Part shown: in pieces, positions 14,201 through 27,100 of the stretch
Layout of the letters: each line of letters opens with the position of its first letter
How positions within the stretch are numbered: the first letter of the stretch is position 1
Origin: Eledone cirrhosa
Lineage: Eukaryota
Reading direction: 5' to 3'
NCBI GenBank assembly: GCA_964016885.1
Contig: OZ024740.1
Location: forward strand, 39,556,001-39,620,000
Length of the DNA stretch: 64,000 nucleotides
The notes under the pieces: generated by a model
The model's database searches: none
What the model was told of the DNA's origin: nothing
What the model saw: only the letters and a program-made list of their open reading frames with translations
Made by a program: the position numbers and the translations under genes

Positions 14201-17200
14201 GTGTGGTATATTAAAGAGGTGTAGTTAGTGTGGTACATTAAAGAGGTGTAATTAGTGTGGTATATTAAAGAGGTGCAATTAGTGTGGTATATTAAAGAGG
14301 TGTAATTAGTGTGGTATATTAAAGAGGTGTAATTAGTGTGGTACATTAAAGAGGTGTAATTAGGGTGGTACATTAAAGAGGTGTAATTAGTGTGGTATAT
14401 TAAAGAGGTGTAATTAGTGTGGTACATTAAAGAAGTGTAAATAGTGTGGTATATTAAAGAGGTGCAATTAGTGTGGTATATTAAAAAGGTGCAATTAGTG
14501 TGATATATTAAAGAGGTGCAATTAGTGTGGTATATTAAAGAGGTGTAATTAGTGTTGTATATTAAAGAGGTGTAATTAGTGTGGTACATTAAAGAGGTGT
14601 AATTAGGTGGTACATTAAAGAGGTGTAATTAGTGTGGTATATTAAAGAGGTGTAATTAGTGTGGTACATTAAAGAAGTGTAATTAGTGTGGTATATTAAA
14701 GAGGTGCAATTAGTGTGGTATATTAAAGATGTGCAATTAGTGTGGTATATTAAAGAGGTGCAATTAGTGTGGTATATTAAAGAGGTGTAATTAGTGTGGT
14801 ATATTAAAGAGGTGTAATTAGTGTGGTACATTAAAGAGGTGTAATTAGTGTGGTATATTAAAGAGGTGTAATTAGTGTGGTACATTAAAGAGGTGTAATT
14901 AGGGTGGTACATTAAAGAAGTGTAGTTAGTGTGGTATATTAAAGAGGTGCAATTAGTGTGGTATATTAAAGAGGTGTAATTAGTATGGTATATTAAAGAG
15001 GTGTAATTAGTGTGGTACATTAAATAGGTCCAATTAGTGTGCTACATTAAAGAGGTGTAATTATGGTGGTTCATTAAAAAGTGTAGTTAGTGTGGTATAT
15101 TAAAGAGATGTAGTTACTGTGGTATATTAAAGAGGTGTAATTAGTGTGGTATATTAAAGAGGTGTAATTAGTGTGGTACATTAAAGAGGTGTAATTAGGG
15201 TGGTACATTAAAGAAGTGTAGTTAGTGTGGTATATTAAAGAATTGTAATTACTGTGGTATATTAAAGACGTGCAATTAGTGTGGTATATTAAAGTGGTGT
15301 AATTAGTGTGGTACATTAAAGAGGTGTAATTAGTGTGGTATATTAAAGAGGTGTAATTAATGTGGTATATTAAAGAGGTGTAGTTAGTGTGGTATATTAA
15401 AGAGGTGTAGTTAGTGTGGTATATTAAAGAGGTGTAATTAGTGTGGTATATTAAAGAGGTGTAATTAGTGTGGTACATTAAAGAGGTGTAATTAGTGTGG
15501 TATATTAAAGAGATGCAATTAGTGTGGTATATTAAAGAGGTGCAATTAGTGTGGTATATTAAAAAGGTGTAATTAGTGTGGTACATTAAAGAGGTGTAAT
15601 TAGTGTGATACATTAAAGAGGTGTAATTAGTGTGGTATATTAAAGAGGTGTAATTAGAGTGGTATATTAAAGAGGTGTAATTAGTGTGGTATATTAAAGA
15701 GGTGCAATTAGTGTGGTATATTAAAGAGGTGTAATTAGTGTGGTACGTTAAAGAGGTCCAATTAGTGTGCTACATTAAAGAGGTTTAATTAGGGTAGTTC
15801 ATTAAAAAGTGTAGTTAGTGTGGTATATTAAAGAGGTGTAATTAGTGTGGTATATTAAAGAGGTTTAATTAGTGTGGTATATTAAAGAGGTGCAATTAGT
15901 GTGATATATTAAAGATGTGTAATTAGTGTGGTATATTAAAGGGGTGCAATTAGTGTGGTATATTAAAGAGGTGTAATTAGTGTGGCACACTAAAGAGGTG
16001 TAATTAGGGTGGTATATTAAAGAGATGTAATTAGGGTGGTAAGTTAAAGAGGTGTAATTAGTGTGGTATATTAAAGAGGTGCAATTAGTGTGGTATATTA
16101 AAGAGGTGTAATTAATGTGGTATATTAAAGAGGTGCGATTAGTGTGGTATATTAAAAGAGGTGTAATTAGTGTGGTATATTAAAGAGGTGTAATTAGTGT
16201 GGTACATTAAAAAGTTGTAATTAGTGAGGTATATTAAAGAGGTGTAATTAGTGTGGTATAATAAAGAGGTGTCGGTATTGTATATTAAAGAGGTGTAGTT
16301 AGTGGGGTTAATTAGAGATGTGTAGTTAGTCAGGTTTATTAGAGAAGTGTAATTAGTCTGGTATAATAAAGAGGTGTAATTAGTGTGGTATATTAAAGAG
16401 GTGCAATTAGTGTGGTATATTAAATAGGTGCAATTAGTGTGGTATATTAAAGAGGTGTAGTTAGTGTGGTACATTAAAGAGGTGTAATTAGTGTGGTATA
16501 TTAAAGAGGTGCAATTAGTGTGGTATATTAAAGAGGTGTAATTAGTGTGGTATATTAAAGAGGTGTAATTAGTGTGGTACATTAAAGAGGTGTAATTAGG
16601 GTGGTACATTAAAGAGGTGTAATTAGTGTGGTATATTAAAGAGGTGTAATTAGTGTGGTACATTAAAGAAGTGTAAATAGTGTGGTATATTAAAGAGGTG
16701 CAATTAGTGTGGTATATTAAAAAGGTGCAATTAGTGTGATATATTAAAGAGGTGCAATTAATGTGGTATATTAAAGAGGTGTAGTTAGTGTGGTATATTA
16801 AAGAGGTGTAGTTAGTGTGGTATATTAAAGAGGTGTAATTAGTGTGGTATATTAAAGAGGTGTAATTAGTGTGGTACATTAAAGAGGTGTAATTAGTGTG
16901 GTATATTAAAGAGATGCAATTAGTGTGGTATATTAAAGAGGTGCAATTAGTGTGGTATATTAAAAAGGTGTAATTAGTGTGGTACATTAAAGAGGTGTAA
17001 TTAGTGTGATACATTAAAGAGGTGTAATTAGTGTGGTATATTAAAGAGGTGTAATTAGTGTGGTATATTAAAGAGGTGTAATTAGTGTGGTATATTAAAG
17101 AGGTGCAATTAGTGTGGTATATTAAAGAGGTGTAATTAGTGTGGTACGTTAAAGAGGTCCAATTAGTGTGCTACATTAAAGAGGTTTAATTAGGGTAGTT

Positions 17201-20200
17201 CATTAAAAAGTGTAGTTAGTGTGGTATATTAAAGAGGTGTAATTAGTGTGGTATATTAAAGAGGTTTAATTAGTGTGGTATATTAAAGAGGTGCAATTAG
17301 TGTGATATATTAAAGATGTGTAATTAGTGTGGTATATTAAAGGGGTGCAATTAGTGTGGTATATTAAAGAGGTGTAATTAGTGTGGCACACTAAAGAGGT
17401 GTAATTAGGGTGGTATATTAAAGAGATGTAATTAGGGTGGTAAGTTAAAGAGGTGTAATTAGTGTGGTATATTAAAGAGGTGCAATTAGTGTGGTATATT
17501 AAAGAGGTGTAATTAATGTGGTATATTAAAGAGGTGCGATTAGTGTGGTATATTAAAAGAGGTGTAATTAGTGTGGTATATTAAAGAGGTGTAATTAGTG
17601 TGGTACATTAAAAAGTTGTAATTAGTGAGGTATATTAAAGAGGTGTAATTAGTGTGGTATAATAAAGAGGTGTCGGTATTGTATATTAAAGAGGTGTAGT
17701 TAGTGGGGTTAATTAGAGATGTGTAGTTAGTCAGGTTTATTAGAGAAGTGTAATTAGTCTGGTATAATAAAGATGTGTAATTAGTGTGGTATATTAAAGA
17801 GGTGCAATTAGTGTGGTATATTAAATAGGTGCAATTAGTGTGGTATATTAAAGAGGTGTAGTTAGTGTGGTACATTAAAGAGGTGTAATTAGTGTGGTAT
17901 ATTAAAGAGGTGCAATTAGTGTGGTATATTAAAGAGGTGTAATTAGTGTGGTATATTAAAGAGGTGTAATTAGTGTGGTACATTAAAGAGGTGTAATTAG
18001 GGTGGTACATTAAAGAGGTGTAATTAGTGTGGTATATTAAAGAGGTGTAATTAGTGTGGTACATTAAAGAAGTGTAAATAGTGTGGTATATTAAAGAGGT
18101 GCAATTAGTGTGGTATATTAAAAAGGTGCAATTAGTGTGATATATTAAAGAGGTGCAATTAGTGTGGTATATTAAAGAGGTGTAATTAGTGTTGTATATT
18201 AAAGAGGTGTAATTAGTGTGGTACATTAAAGAGGTGTAATTAGGTGGTACATTAAAGAGGTGTAATTAGTGTGGTATATTAAAGAGGTGTAATTAGTGTG
18301 GTACATTAAAGAAGTGTAATTAGTGTGGTATATTAAAGAGGTGCAATTAGTGTGGTATATTAAAGATGTGCAATTAGTGTGGTATATTAAAGAGGTGCAA
18401 TTAGTGTGGTATATTAAAGAGGTGTAATTAGTGTGGTATATTAAAGAGGTGTAATTAGTGTGGTACATTAAAGAGGTGTAATTAGTGTGGTATATTAAAG
18501 AGGTGTAATTAGTGTGGTACATTAAAGAGGTGTAATTAGGGTGGTACATTAAAGAAGTGTAGTTAGTGTGGTATATTAAAGAGGTGCAATTAGTGTGGTA
18601 TATTAAAGAGGTGTAATTAGTATGGTATATTAAAGAGGTGTAATTAGTGTGGTACATTAAATAGGTCCAATTAGTGTGCTACATTAAAGAGGTGTAATTA
18701 TGGTGGTTCATTAAAAAGTGTAGTTAGTGTGGTATATTAAAGAGATGTAGTTACTGTGGTATATTAAAGAGGTGTAATTAGTGTGGTATATTAAAGAGGT
18801 GTAATTAGTGTGGTACATTAAAGAGGTGTAATTAGGGTGGTACATTAAAGAAGTGTAGTTAGTGTGGTATATTAAAGAATTGTAATTACTGTGGTATATT
18901 AAAGACGTGCAATTAGTGTGGTATATTAAAGTGGTGTAATTAGTGTGGTACATTAAAGAGGTGTAATTAGTGTGGTATATTAAAGAGGTGTAATTAATGT
19001 GGTATATTAAAGAGGTGTAGTTAGTGTGGTATATTAAAGAGGTGTAGTTAGTGTGGTATATTAAAGAGGTGTAATTAGTGTGGTATATTAAAGAGGTGTA
19101 ATTAGTGTGGTACATTAAAGAGGTGTAATTAGTGTGGTATATTAAAGAGATGCAATTAGTGTGGTATATTAAAGAGGTGCAATTAGTGTGGTATATTAAA
19201 AAGGTGTAATTAGTGTGGTACATTAAAGAGGTGTAATTAGTGTGATACATTAAAGAGGTGTAATTAGTGTGGTATATTAAAGAGGTGTAATTAGAGTGGT
19301 ATATTAAAGAGGTGTAATTAGTGTGGTATATTAAAGAGGTGCAATTAGTGTGGTATATTAAAGAGGTGTAATTAGTGTGGTACGTTAAAGAGGTCCAATT
19401 AGTGTGCTACATTAAAGAGGTTTAATTAGGGTAGTTCATTAAAAAGTGTAGTTAGTGTGGTATATTAAAGAGGTGTAATTAGTGTGGTATATTAAAGAGG
19501 TTTAATTAGTGTGGTATATTAAAGAGGTGCAATTAGTGTGATATATTAAAGATGTGTAATTAGTGTGGTATATTAAAGGGGTGCAATTAGTGTGGTATAT
19601 TAAAGAGGTGTAATTAGTGTGGCACACTAAAGAGGTGTAATTAGGGTGGTATATTAAAGAGATGTAATTAGGGTGGTAAGTTAAAGAGGTGTAATTAGTG
19701 TGGTATATTAAAGAGGTGCAATTAGTGTGGTATATTAAAGAGGTGTAATTAATGTGGTATATTAAAGAGGTGCGATTAGTGTGGTATATTAAAAGAGGTG
19801 TAATTAGTGTGGTATATTAAAGAGGTGTAATTAGTGTGGTACATTAAAAAGTTGTAATTAGTGAGGTATATTAAAGAGGTGTAATTAGTGTGGTATAATA
19901 AAGAGGTGTCGGTATTGTATATTAAAGAGGTGTAGTTAGTGGGGTTAATTAGAGATGTGTAGTTAGTCAGGTTTATTAGAGAAGTGTAATTAGTCTGGTA
20001 TAATAAAGAGGTGTAATTAGTGTGGTATATTAAAGAGGTGCAATTAGTGTGGTATATTAAATAGGTGCAATTAGTGTGGTATATTAAAGAGGTGTAGTTA
20101 GTGTGGTACATTAAAGAGGTGTAATTAGTGTGGTATATTAAAGAGGTGCAATTAGTGTGGTATATTAAAGAGGTGTAATTAGTGTGGTATATTAAAGAGG

Positions 20201-23200
20201 TGTAATTAGTGTGGTACATTAAAGAGGTGTAATTAGGGTGGTACATTAAAGAGGTGTAATTAGTGTGGTATATTAAAGAGGTGTAATTAGTGTGGTACAT
20301 TAAAGAAGTGTAAATAGTGTGGTATATTAAAGAGGTGCAATTAGTGTGGTATATTAAAAAGGTGCAATTAGTGTGATATATTAAAGAGGTGCAATTAATG
20401 TGGTATATTAAAGAGGTGTAGTTAGTGTGGTATATTAAAGAGGTGTAGTTAGTGTGGTATATTAAAGAGGTGTAATTAGTGTGGTATATTAAAGAGGTGT
20501 AATTAGTGTGGTACATTAAAGAGGTGTAATTAGTGTGGTATATTAAAGAGATGCAATTAGTGTGGTATATTAAAGAGGTGCAATTAGTGTGGTATATTAA
20601 AAAGGTGTAATTAGTGTGGTACATTAAAGAGGTGTAATTAGTGTGATACATTAAAGAGGTGTAATTAGTGTGGTATATTAAAGAGGTGTAATTAGTGTGG
20701 TATATTAAAGAGGTGTAATTAGTGTGGTATATTAAAGAGGTGCAATTAGTGTGGTATATTAAAGAGGTGTAATTAGTGTGGTACGTTAAAGAGGTCCAAT
20801 TAGTGTGCTACATTAAAGAGGTTTAATTAGGGTAGTTCATTAAAAAGTGTAGTTAGTGTGGTATATTAAAGAGGTGTAATTAGTGTGGTATATTAAAGAG
20901 GTTTAATTAGTGTGGTATATTAAAGAGGTGCAATTAGTGTGATATATTAAAGATGTGTAATTAGTGTGGTATATTAAAGGGGTGCAATTAGTGTGGTATA
21001 TTAAAGAGGTGTAATTAGTGTGGCACACTAAAGAGGTGTAATTAGGGTGGTATATTAAAGAGATGTAATTAGGGTGGTAAGTTAAAGAGGTGTAATTAGT
21101 GTGGTATATTAAAGAGGTGCAATTAGTGTGGTATATTAAAGAGGTGTAATTAATGTGGTATATTAAAGAGGTGCGATTAGTGTGGTATATTAAAAGAGGT
21201 GTAATTAGTGTGGTATATTAAAGAGGTGTAATTAGTGTGGTACATTAAAAAGTTGTAATTAGTGAGGTATATTAAAGAGGTGTAATTAGTGTGGTATAAT
21301 AAAGAGGTGTCGGTATTGTATATTAAAGAGGTGTAGTTAGTGGGGTTAATTAGAGATGTGTAGTTAGTCAGGTTTATTAGAGAAGTGTAATTAGTCTGGT
21401 ATAATAAAGAGGTGTAATTAGTGTGGTATATTAAAGAGGTGCAATTAGTGTGGTATATTAAATAGGTGCAATTAGTGTGGTATATTAAAGAGGTGTAGTT
21501 AGTGTGGTACATTAAAGAGGTGTAATTAGTGTGGTATATTAAAGAGGTGCAATTAGTGTGGTATATTAAAGAGGTGTAATTAGTGTGGTATATTAAAGAG
21601 GTGTAATTAGTGTGGTACATTAAAGAGGTGTAATTAGGGTGGTACATTAAAGAGGTGTAATTAGTGTGGTATATTAAAGAGGTGTAATTAGTGTGGTACA
21701 TTAAAGAAGTGTAAATAGTGTGGTATATTAAAGAGGTGCAATTAGTGTGGTATATTAAAAAGGTGCAATTAGTGTGATATATTAAAGAGGTGCAATTAGT
21801 GTGGTATATTAAAGAGGTGTAATTAGTGTGGTATATTAAAGAGGTGTAATTAGTGTGGTACATTAAAGAGGTGTAATTAGGGTGGTACATTAAAGAAGTG
21901 TAGTTAGTGTGGTATATTAAAGAGGTGCAATTAGTGTGGTATATTAAAGAGGTGTAATTAGTATGGTATATTAAAGAGGTGTAATTAGTGTGGTACATTG
22001 AAGAGGTCCAATTAGTGTGCTACATTAAAGAGGTGTAATTAGGGTGGTTCATTAAAAAGTGTAGTTAGTGTGGTATATTAAAGAGATGTAGTTACTGTGG
22101 TATATTAAAGAGGTGTAATTAGTGTGGTATATTAAAGAGGTGTAATTCGTGTGGTACATTAAAGAGGTGTAATTAGGGTGGTACATTAAAGAAGTGTAGT
22201 TAGTGTGGTATATTAAAGAATTGTAATTACTGTGGTATATTAAAGACGTGCAATTAGTGTGGTATATTAAAGAGGTGTAATTAGTGTGGTACATTAAAGA
22301 GGTGTAATTAGTGTGGTATATTAAAGAGGTGTAATTAATGTGGTATATTAAAGAGGTGTAGTTAGTGTGGTATATTAAAGAGGTGTAGTTAGTGTGGTAT
22401 ATTAAAGAGGTGTAATTAGTGTGGTATATTAAAGAGGTGTAATTAGTGTGGTACATTAAAGAGGTGTAATTAGTGTGGTATATTAAAGAGATGCAATTAG
22501 TGTGGTATATTAAAGAGGTGCAATTAGTGTGGTATATTAAAAAGGTGTAATTAGTGTGGTACATTAAAGAGGTATAATTAGTGTGATACATTAAAGAGGT
22601 GTAATTAGTGTGGTATATTAAAGAGGTGTAATTAGTGTGGTATATTAAAGAGGTGTAATTAGTGTGGTATATTAAAGAGGTGCAATTAGTGTGGTATATT
22701 AAAGAGGTGTAATTAGTGTGGTACGTTAAAGAGGTCCAATTAGTGTGCTACATTAAAGAGGTTTAATTAGGGTAGTTCATTAAAAAGTGTAGTTAGTGTG
22801 GTATATTAAAGAGGTGTAATTAGTGTGGTATATTAAAGAGGTTTAATTAGTGTGGTATATTAAAGAGGTGCAATTAGTGTGATATATTAAAGATGTGTAA
22901 TTAGTGTGGTATATTAAAGGGGTGCAATTAGTGTGGTATATTAAAGAGGTGTAATTAGTGTGGCACACTAAAGAGGTGTAATTAGGGTGGTATATTAAAG
23001 AGATGTAATTAGGGTGGTAAGTTAAAGAGGTGTAATTAGTGTGGTATATTAAAGAGGTGCAATTAGTGTGGTATATTAAAGAGGTGTAATTAATGTGGTA
23101 TATTAAAGAGGTGCGATTAGTGTGGTATATTAAAAGAGGTGTAATTAGTGTGGTATATTAAAGAGGTGTAATTAGTGTGGTACATTAAAAAGTTGTAATT

Positions 23201-23560
23201 AGTGAGGTATATTAAAGAGGTGTAATTAGTGTGGTATAATAAAGAGGTGTCGGTATTGTATATTAAAGAGGTGTAGTTAGTGGGGTTAATTAGAGATGTG
23301 TAGTTAGTCAGGTTTATTAGAGAAGTGTAATTAGTCTGGTATAATAAAGAGGTGTAATTAGTGTGGTATATTAAAGAGGTGCAATTAGTGTGGTATATTA
23401 AATAGGTGCAATTAGTGTGGTATATTAAAGAGGTGTAGTTAGTGTGGTACATTAAAGAGGTGTAATTAGTGTGGTATATTAAAGAGGTGCAATTAGTGTG
23501 GTATATTAAAGAGGTGTAATTAGTGTGGTATATTAAAGAGGTGTAATTAGTGTGGTACAT
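11290..23560. repeat. Higher-order repeat domain with unit lengths 2236, 2236, 1401, 2236, 1401, 1940 bp
   Basis: The same landmark (GTGCGATTAG...TTAAAAGAGG) gives ORF ends at 11667, 13903, 16139, 17540, 19776, 21177 and 23117. Confidence 0.9.
13119..21400. repeat. 3637-bp (2236+1401) composite duplication, two full copies plus a partial third
   Basis: ORF starts 13903/17540/21177, 14589/18226, 15074/18711 and 16139/19776 differ by 3637. Private variants shared by the two full copies: TTATGGTGG 15061/18698, AAAGTGGTG 15291/18928, TAATTAGAGT 15651/19288. Confidence 0.92.
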
Positions 23561-24149
23561 TAAAGAGGTGTAATTAGTGTCGTATATTAAAGAGGTGCAA
23601 TTAGTGTGACATATTAAAGAGGTGTAATTAGTGTGGTATATTAAAGAGGTGCAATTAGTGTGGTATATTAAAGAGGTGTAGTTAGTGTGGTACATTAAAG
23701 AGGTGTAATTAGTGTGGGATATTAAAGAGGTGCAATTAGTGTGGTATATTAAATAGGTGCAATTAGTGTGGTATATTAAAGAGGTGTAATTAGTGTGGTA
23801 CATTAAAGAAGTGTAATTAGTGTGGTATATTAAAGAGGTGCAATTAGTGTGGTATATTAAAGAGGTGCAATTAGTGTGGTATATTAAAAAGGTGTAATTA
23901 CTGTGGTACATTAAAGAGGTGTAATTAGTGTGATACATTAAAGAGGTGTAATTAGTGTGGTATATTAAAGAGGTGTAATTAGTGTGGTATATTAAAGAGG
24001 TGTAATTAGTGTGGTATATTAAAGAGGTGTAATTAGTGTTGTATATTAAAGAGGTACAATTAGTGTGGTATATTAAAGAGGTGCAATTAGTGTGGTATAT
24101 TAAAGAGGTGTAATTAGTATGGAAGATTAAAGAGGTGTAATTAGTGTGG

Positions 24150-27100
24150 TACATTAAAGAGGTGCAATTAGTGTGCTACATTAAAGAGGTTTAATTAGGG
24201 TAGTTCATTAAAAAGTGTAGTTAGTGTGGTATATTAAAGAGGTTTAATTAGTGTGGTATATTAAAGAGGTGCAATTAGTGTGATATATTAAAGAGGTGTA
24301 GTTTGTGTGGTACATTAAAGAGGTGCAATTACTGTGGTATATTAAAGAGTTGTAGTTAGTCTGGTACATTAAAGAGGTGTAATTAGTGTGGTATATTAAA
24401 GAAGTGTAGTTAGTATGGTATATTAAAGAGGTGTAATATGTGTGGTATATTAAAGAGGTGTAGTTAGTGTGGTATATTAAGGAGGTGTAATTTGCGTGGT
24501 ACATTAAAGAGGTGTAATTAGTGTGGTATATTAAAGAGGTATAATTAGTGTGGTACATTAAAGAGGTGTAATTAGTGTGATACATTAAAGAGGTGTAATT
24601 AGTGTGGTATATTAAACAGGTGTAATTATTGTGGTATATTAAAGAGGTGTAATTAGTGTGGTATATTAAAGAGGTGTAATTAGTGTTGTATATTAAAGAG
24701 GTGCAATTAGTGTGGTATATTAAAGTGGTGCAATTAGTGTGGTACATTAAAGAGTTGTAATTAGGGTGGTACATTAAAGAGGTGTAATTAGTGTGGTATA
24801 TTAAAGAGGTGTAATTAGTGTGGTACATTAAAGAAGTGTAATTAGTGTGGTATATTAAAGAGGTGCAATTAGTGTGGTATATTAAAAAGGTGCAATTAGT
24901 GTGGTATATTAAAGAGGTGCAATTAGTGTGGTATATTAAAGAGGTGTAATTAGTGTGGTACATTAAAGAGGTCCAATTAGTGTGCTACATTAAAGAGGTG
25001 TAATTAGGGTGGTTCATTAAAAAGTGTAGTTAGTGTGGTATATTAAAGAGGTGTAGTTACTGTGGTATATTAAAGAGGTGTAATTATTGTGGTATATTAA
25101 ATATGTGCAATTAGTGTGATATATTAAAGAGGTGTAATTAGTGTGGTATATTAAAAGTGGTGTAATTAGTGTGGTATATTAAAGAGTTGTATTTAGTGTG
25201 GTATATTAAAGAGTTGTAATTAGTGAGATATATTAAAGAGGTGTAATTAGTGTGGTATATTAAAAAGGTGTCATTAGTGTGGTATATTAAAGAGGTGCAA
25301 TTAGTGTGGTATACTAAAGAGGTGTAATTAGTGTGGTATATTAAAGAGTTGTATTTAGTGTGGTATATTAAAGAGTTGTAATTAGTGAGATATATTAAAG
25401 AGGTGTAATTAGTGTGGTATATTAAAGAGGTGTAATTAGTGTGGTATATTAAAGAGATGCAATTAGTGTGGTATATTAAAGAGGTGCAATTAGTGTGGTA
25501 TATTAAAAAGGTGTAATTACTGTGGTACATTAATGAGGTGTAATTAGTGTGATACATTAAAGAGGTGTAATTAGTGTGGTATATTATAGAGGTGTAATTA
25601 GTGTGGTATATTAAAGAGGTTTAATTAGGGTAGTTCATTAAAAAGTGTAGTTAGTGTGGTATATTAAAGAGGTTTAATTAGTGTGGTATATTAAAGAGGT
25701 GCAATTAGTGTGATATATTAAAGAGGTGTAGTTAGTGTGGTACATTAAAGAGGTGCAATTACTGTGGTATATTAAAGAGGTGTAGTTAGTCTGGTACATT
25801 AAAGAGGTGTAATTAGTGTGGTCTATTAAAGAAGTGTAGTTAGTGTGGTATATTAAAGAGGTGTAGTTAGTATGGTATATTAAAGAGGTGTAATAAATGT
25901 GGTATATTAAAGAGGTGTAGTTAGTGTGGTATATTAAAGAGGTGTAATTTGCATGGTACATTAAAGAGGTGTAATTAGTGTGGTATATTAAAGAGGTGTA
26001 ATTAGTGTGGTATATTAAATAGGTGTAATTAGTGTGGTACATTAAAGAGTTGTAATTAGGGTGGTACATTAGAGAGGTGTAATTAGTGTGGTATATTAAA
26101 GAGGTGTAATTAGTGTGGTACATTAAAGAATTGTAATTAGTGTGGTATATTGAAGAGGTGCAATTAGTGTGGTATATTAAAAAGGTGCAATTAGTGTGGT
26201 ATATTAAAGAGGTGCAATTAGTGTGGTATATTAAAGAGGTGTAATTAGTGTGGTACATTAAAGAGGTCCAATTAGTGTGCTACATTAAAGAGGTGTAATT
26301 AGGGTGGTTCATTAAAAAGTGTAGTTAGTGTGGTATATTAAAGAGGTGTAGTTACTGTGGTATATTAAAGAGGTGTAATTATTGTGGTATATTAAATATG
26401 TGCAATTAGTGTGATATATTAAAGAGGTGTAATTAGTGTGGTATATTAAAAGTTGTGTAATTAGTGTGGTATATTAAAGAGTTGTATTTAGTGTGGTATA
26501 TTAAAGAGTTGTAATTAGTGAGATATATTAAAGGGGTGTAATTAGTGTGGTATATTAAAGAGGTGTCGTTAGTGTGGTATATTAAAGAGGTGCAATTAGT
26601 GTGGTATACTAAAGAGGTGTAGTTACTGTGGTACATTAAAGAATTGTAATTACTGTGGTATATTAAAGAGGTGCAATTAGTGTGGTATATTAAAGAGGTG
26701 TAATTAGTGTGGTACATTAAAGAGGTGTAATTAGTGTGGTATATTAAAAAGGTGTAATTAATGTGGTATATTAAAGAGGTGTATTTAGTGTGGTATATTA
26801 AAGAGGTGTAGTTAGTGTGGTATATTAAAGAGGTGTCATTAGTGTGGTATATTAAAGAGGTGTAATTAGGGTGGTACATTAAAGAAGTGTAGTTAGTGTG
26901 GTATATTAAAGAGGTGAAATTAGTGTGGTATATTAAAGAGGTGCAATTAGTGTGGTATATTAAAGAGGTGTAATTAGTGTGGTACATTAAAGAGGTGTAA
27001 TTAGTGTGGTATATTAAAGAGATGCAATTAGTGTGGTATATTAAAGAGGTGCAATTAGTGTGGTATATTAAAAAGGTGTAATTAGTGTGGTACATTAAAG

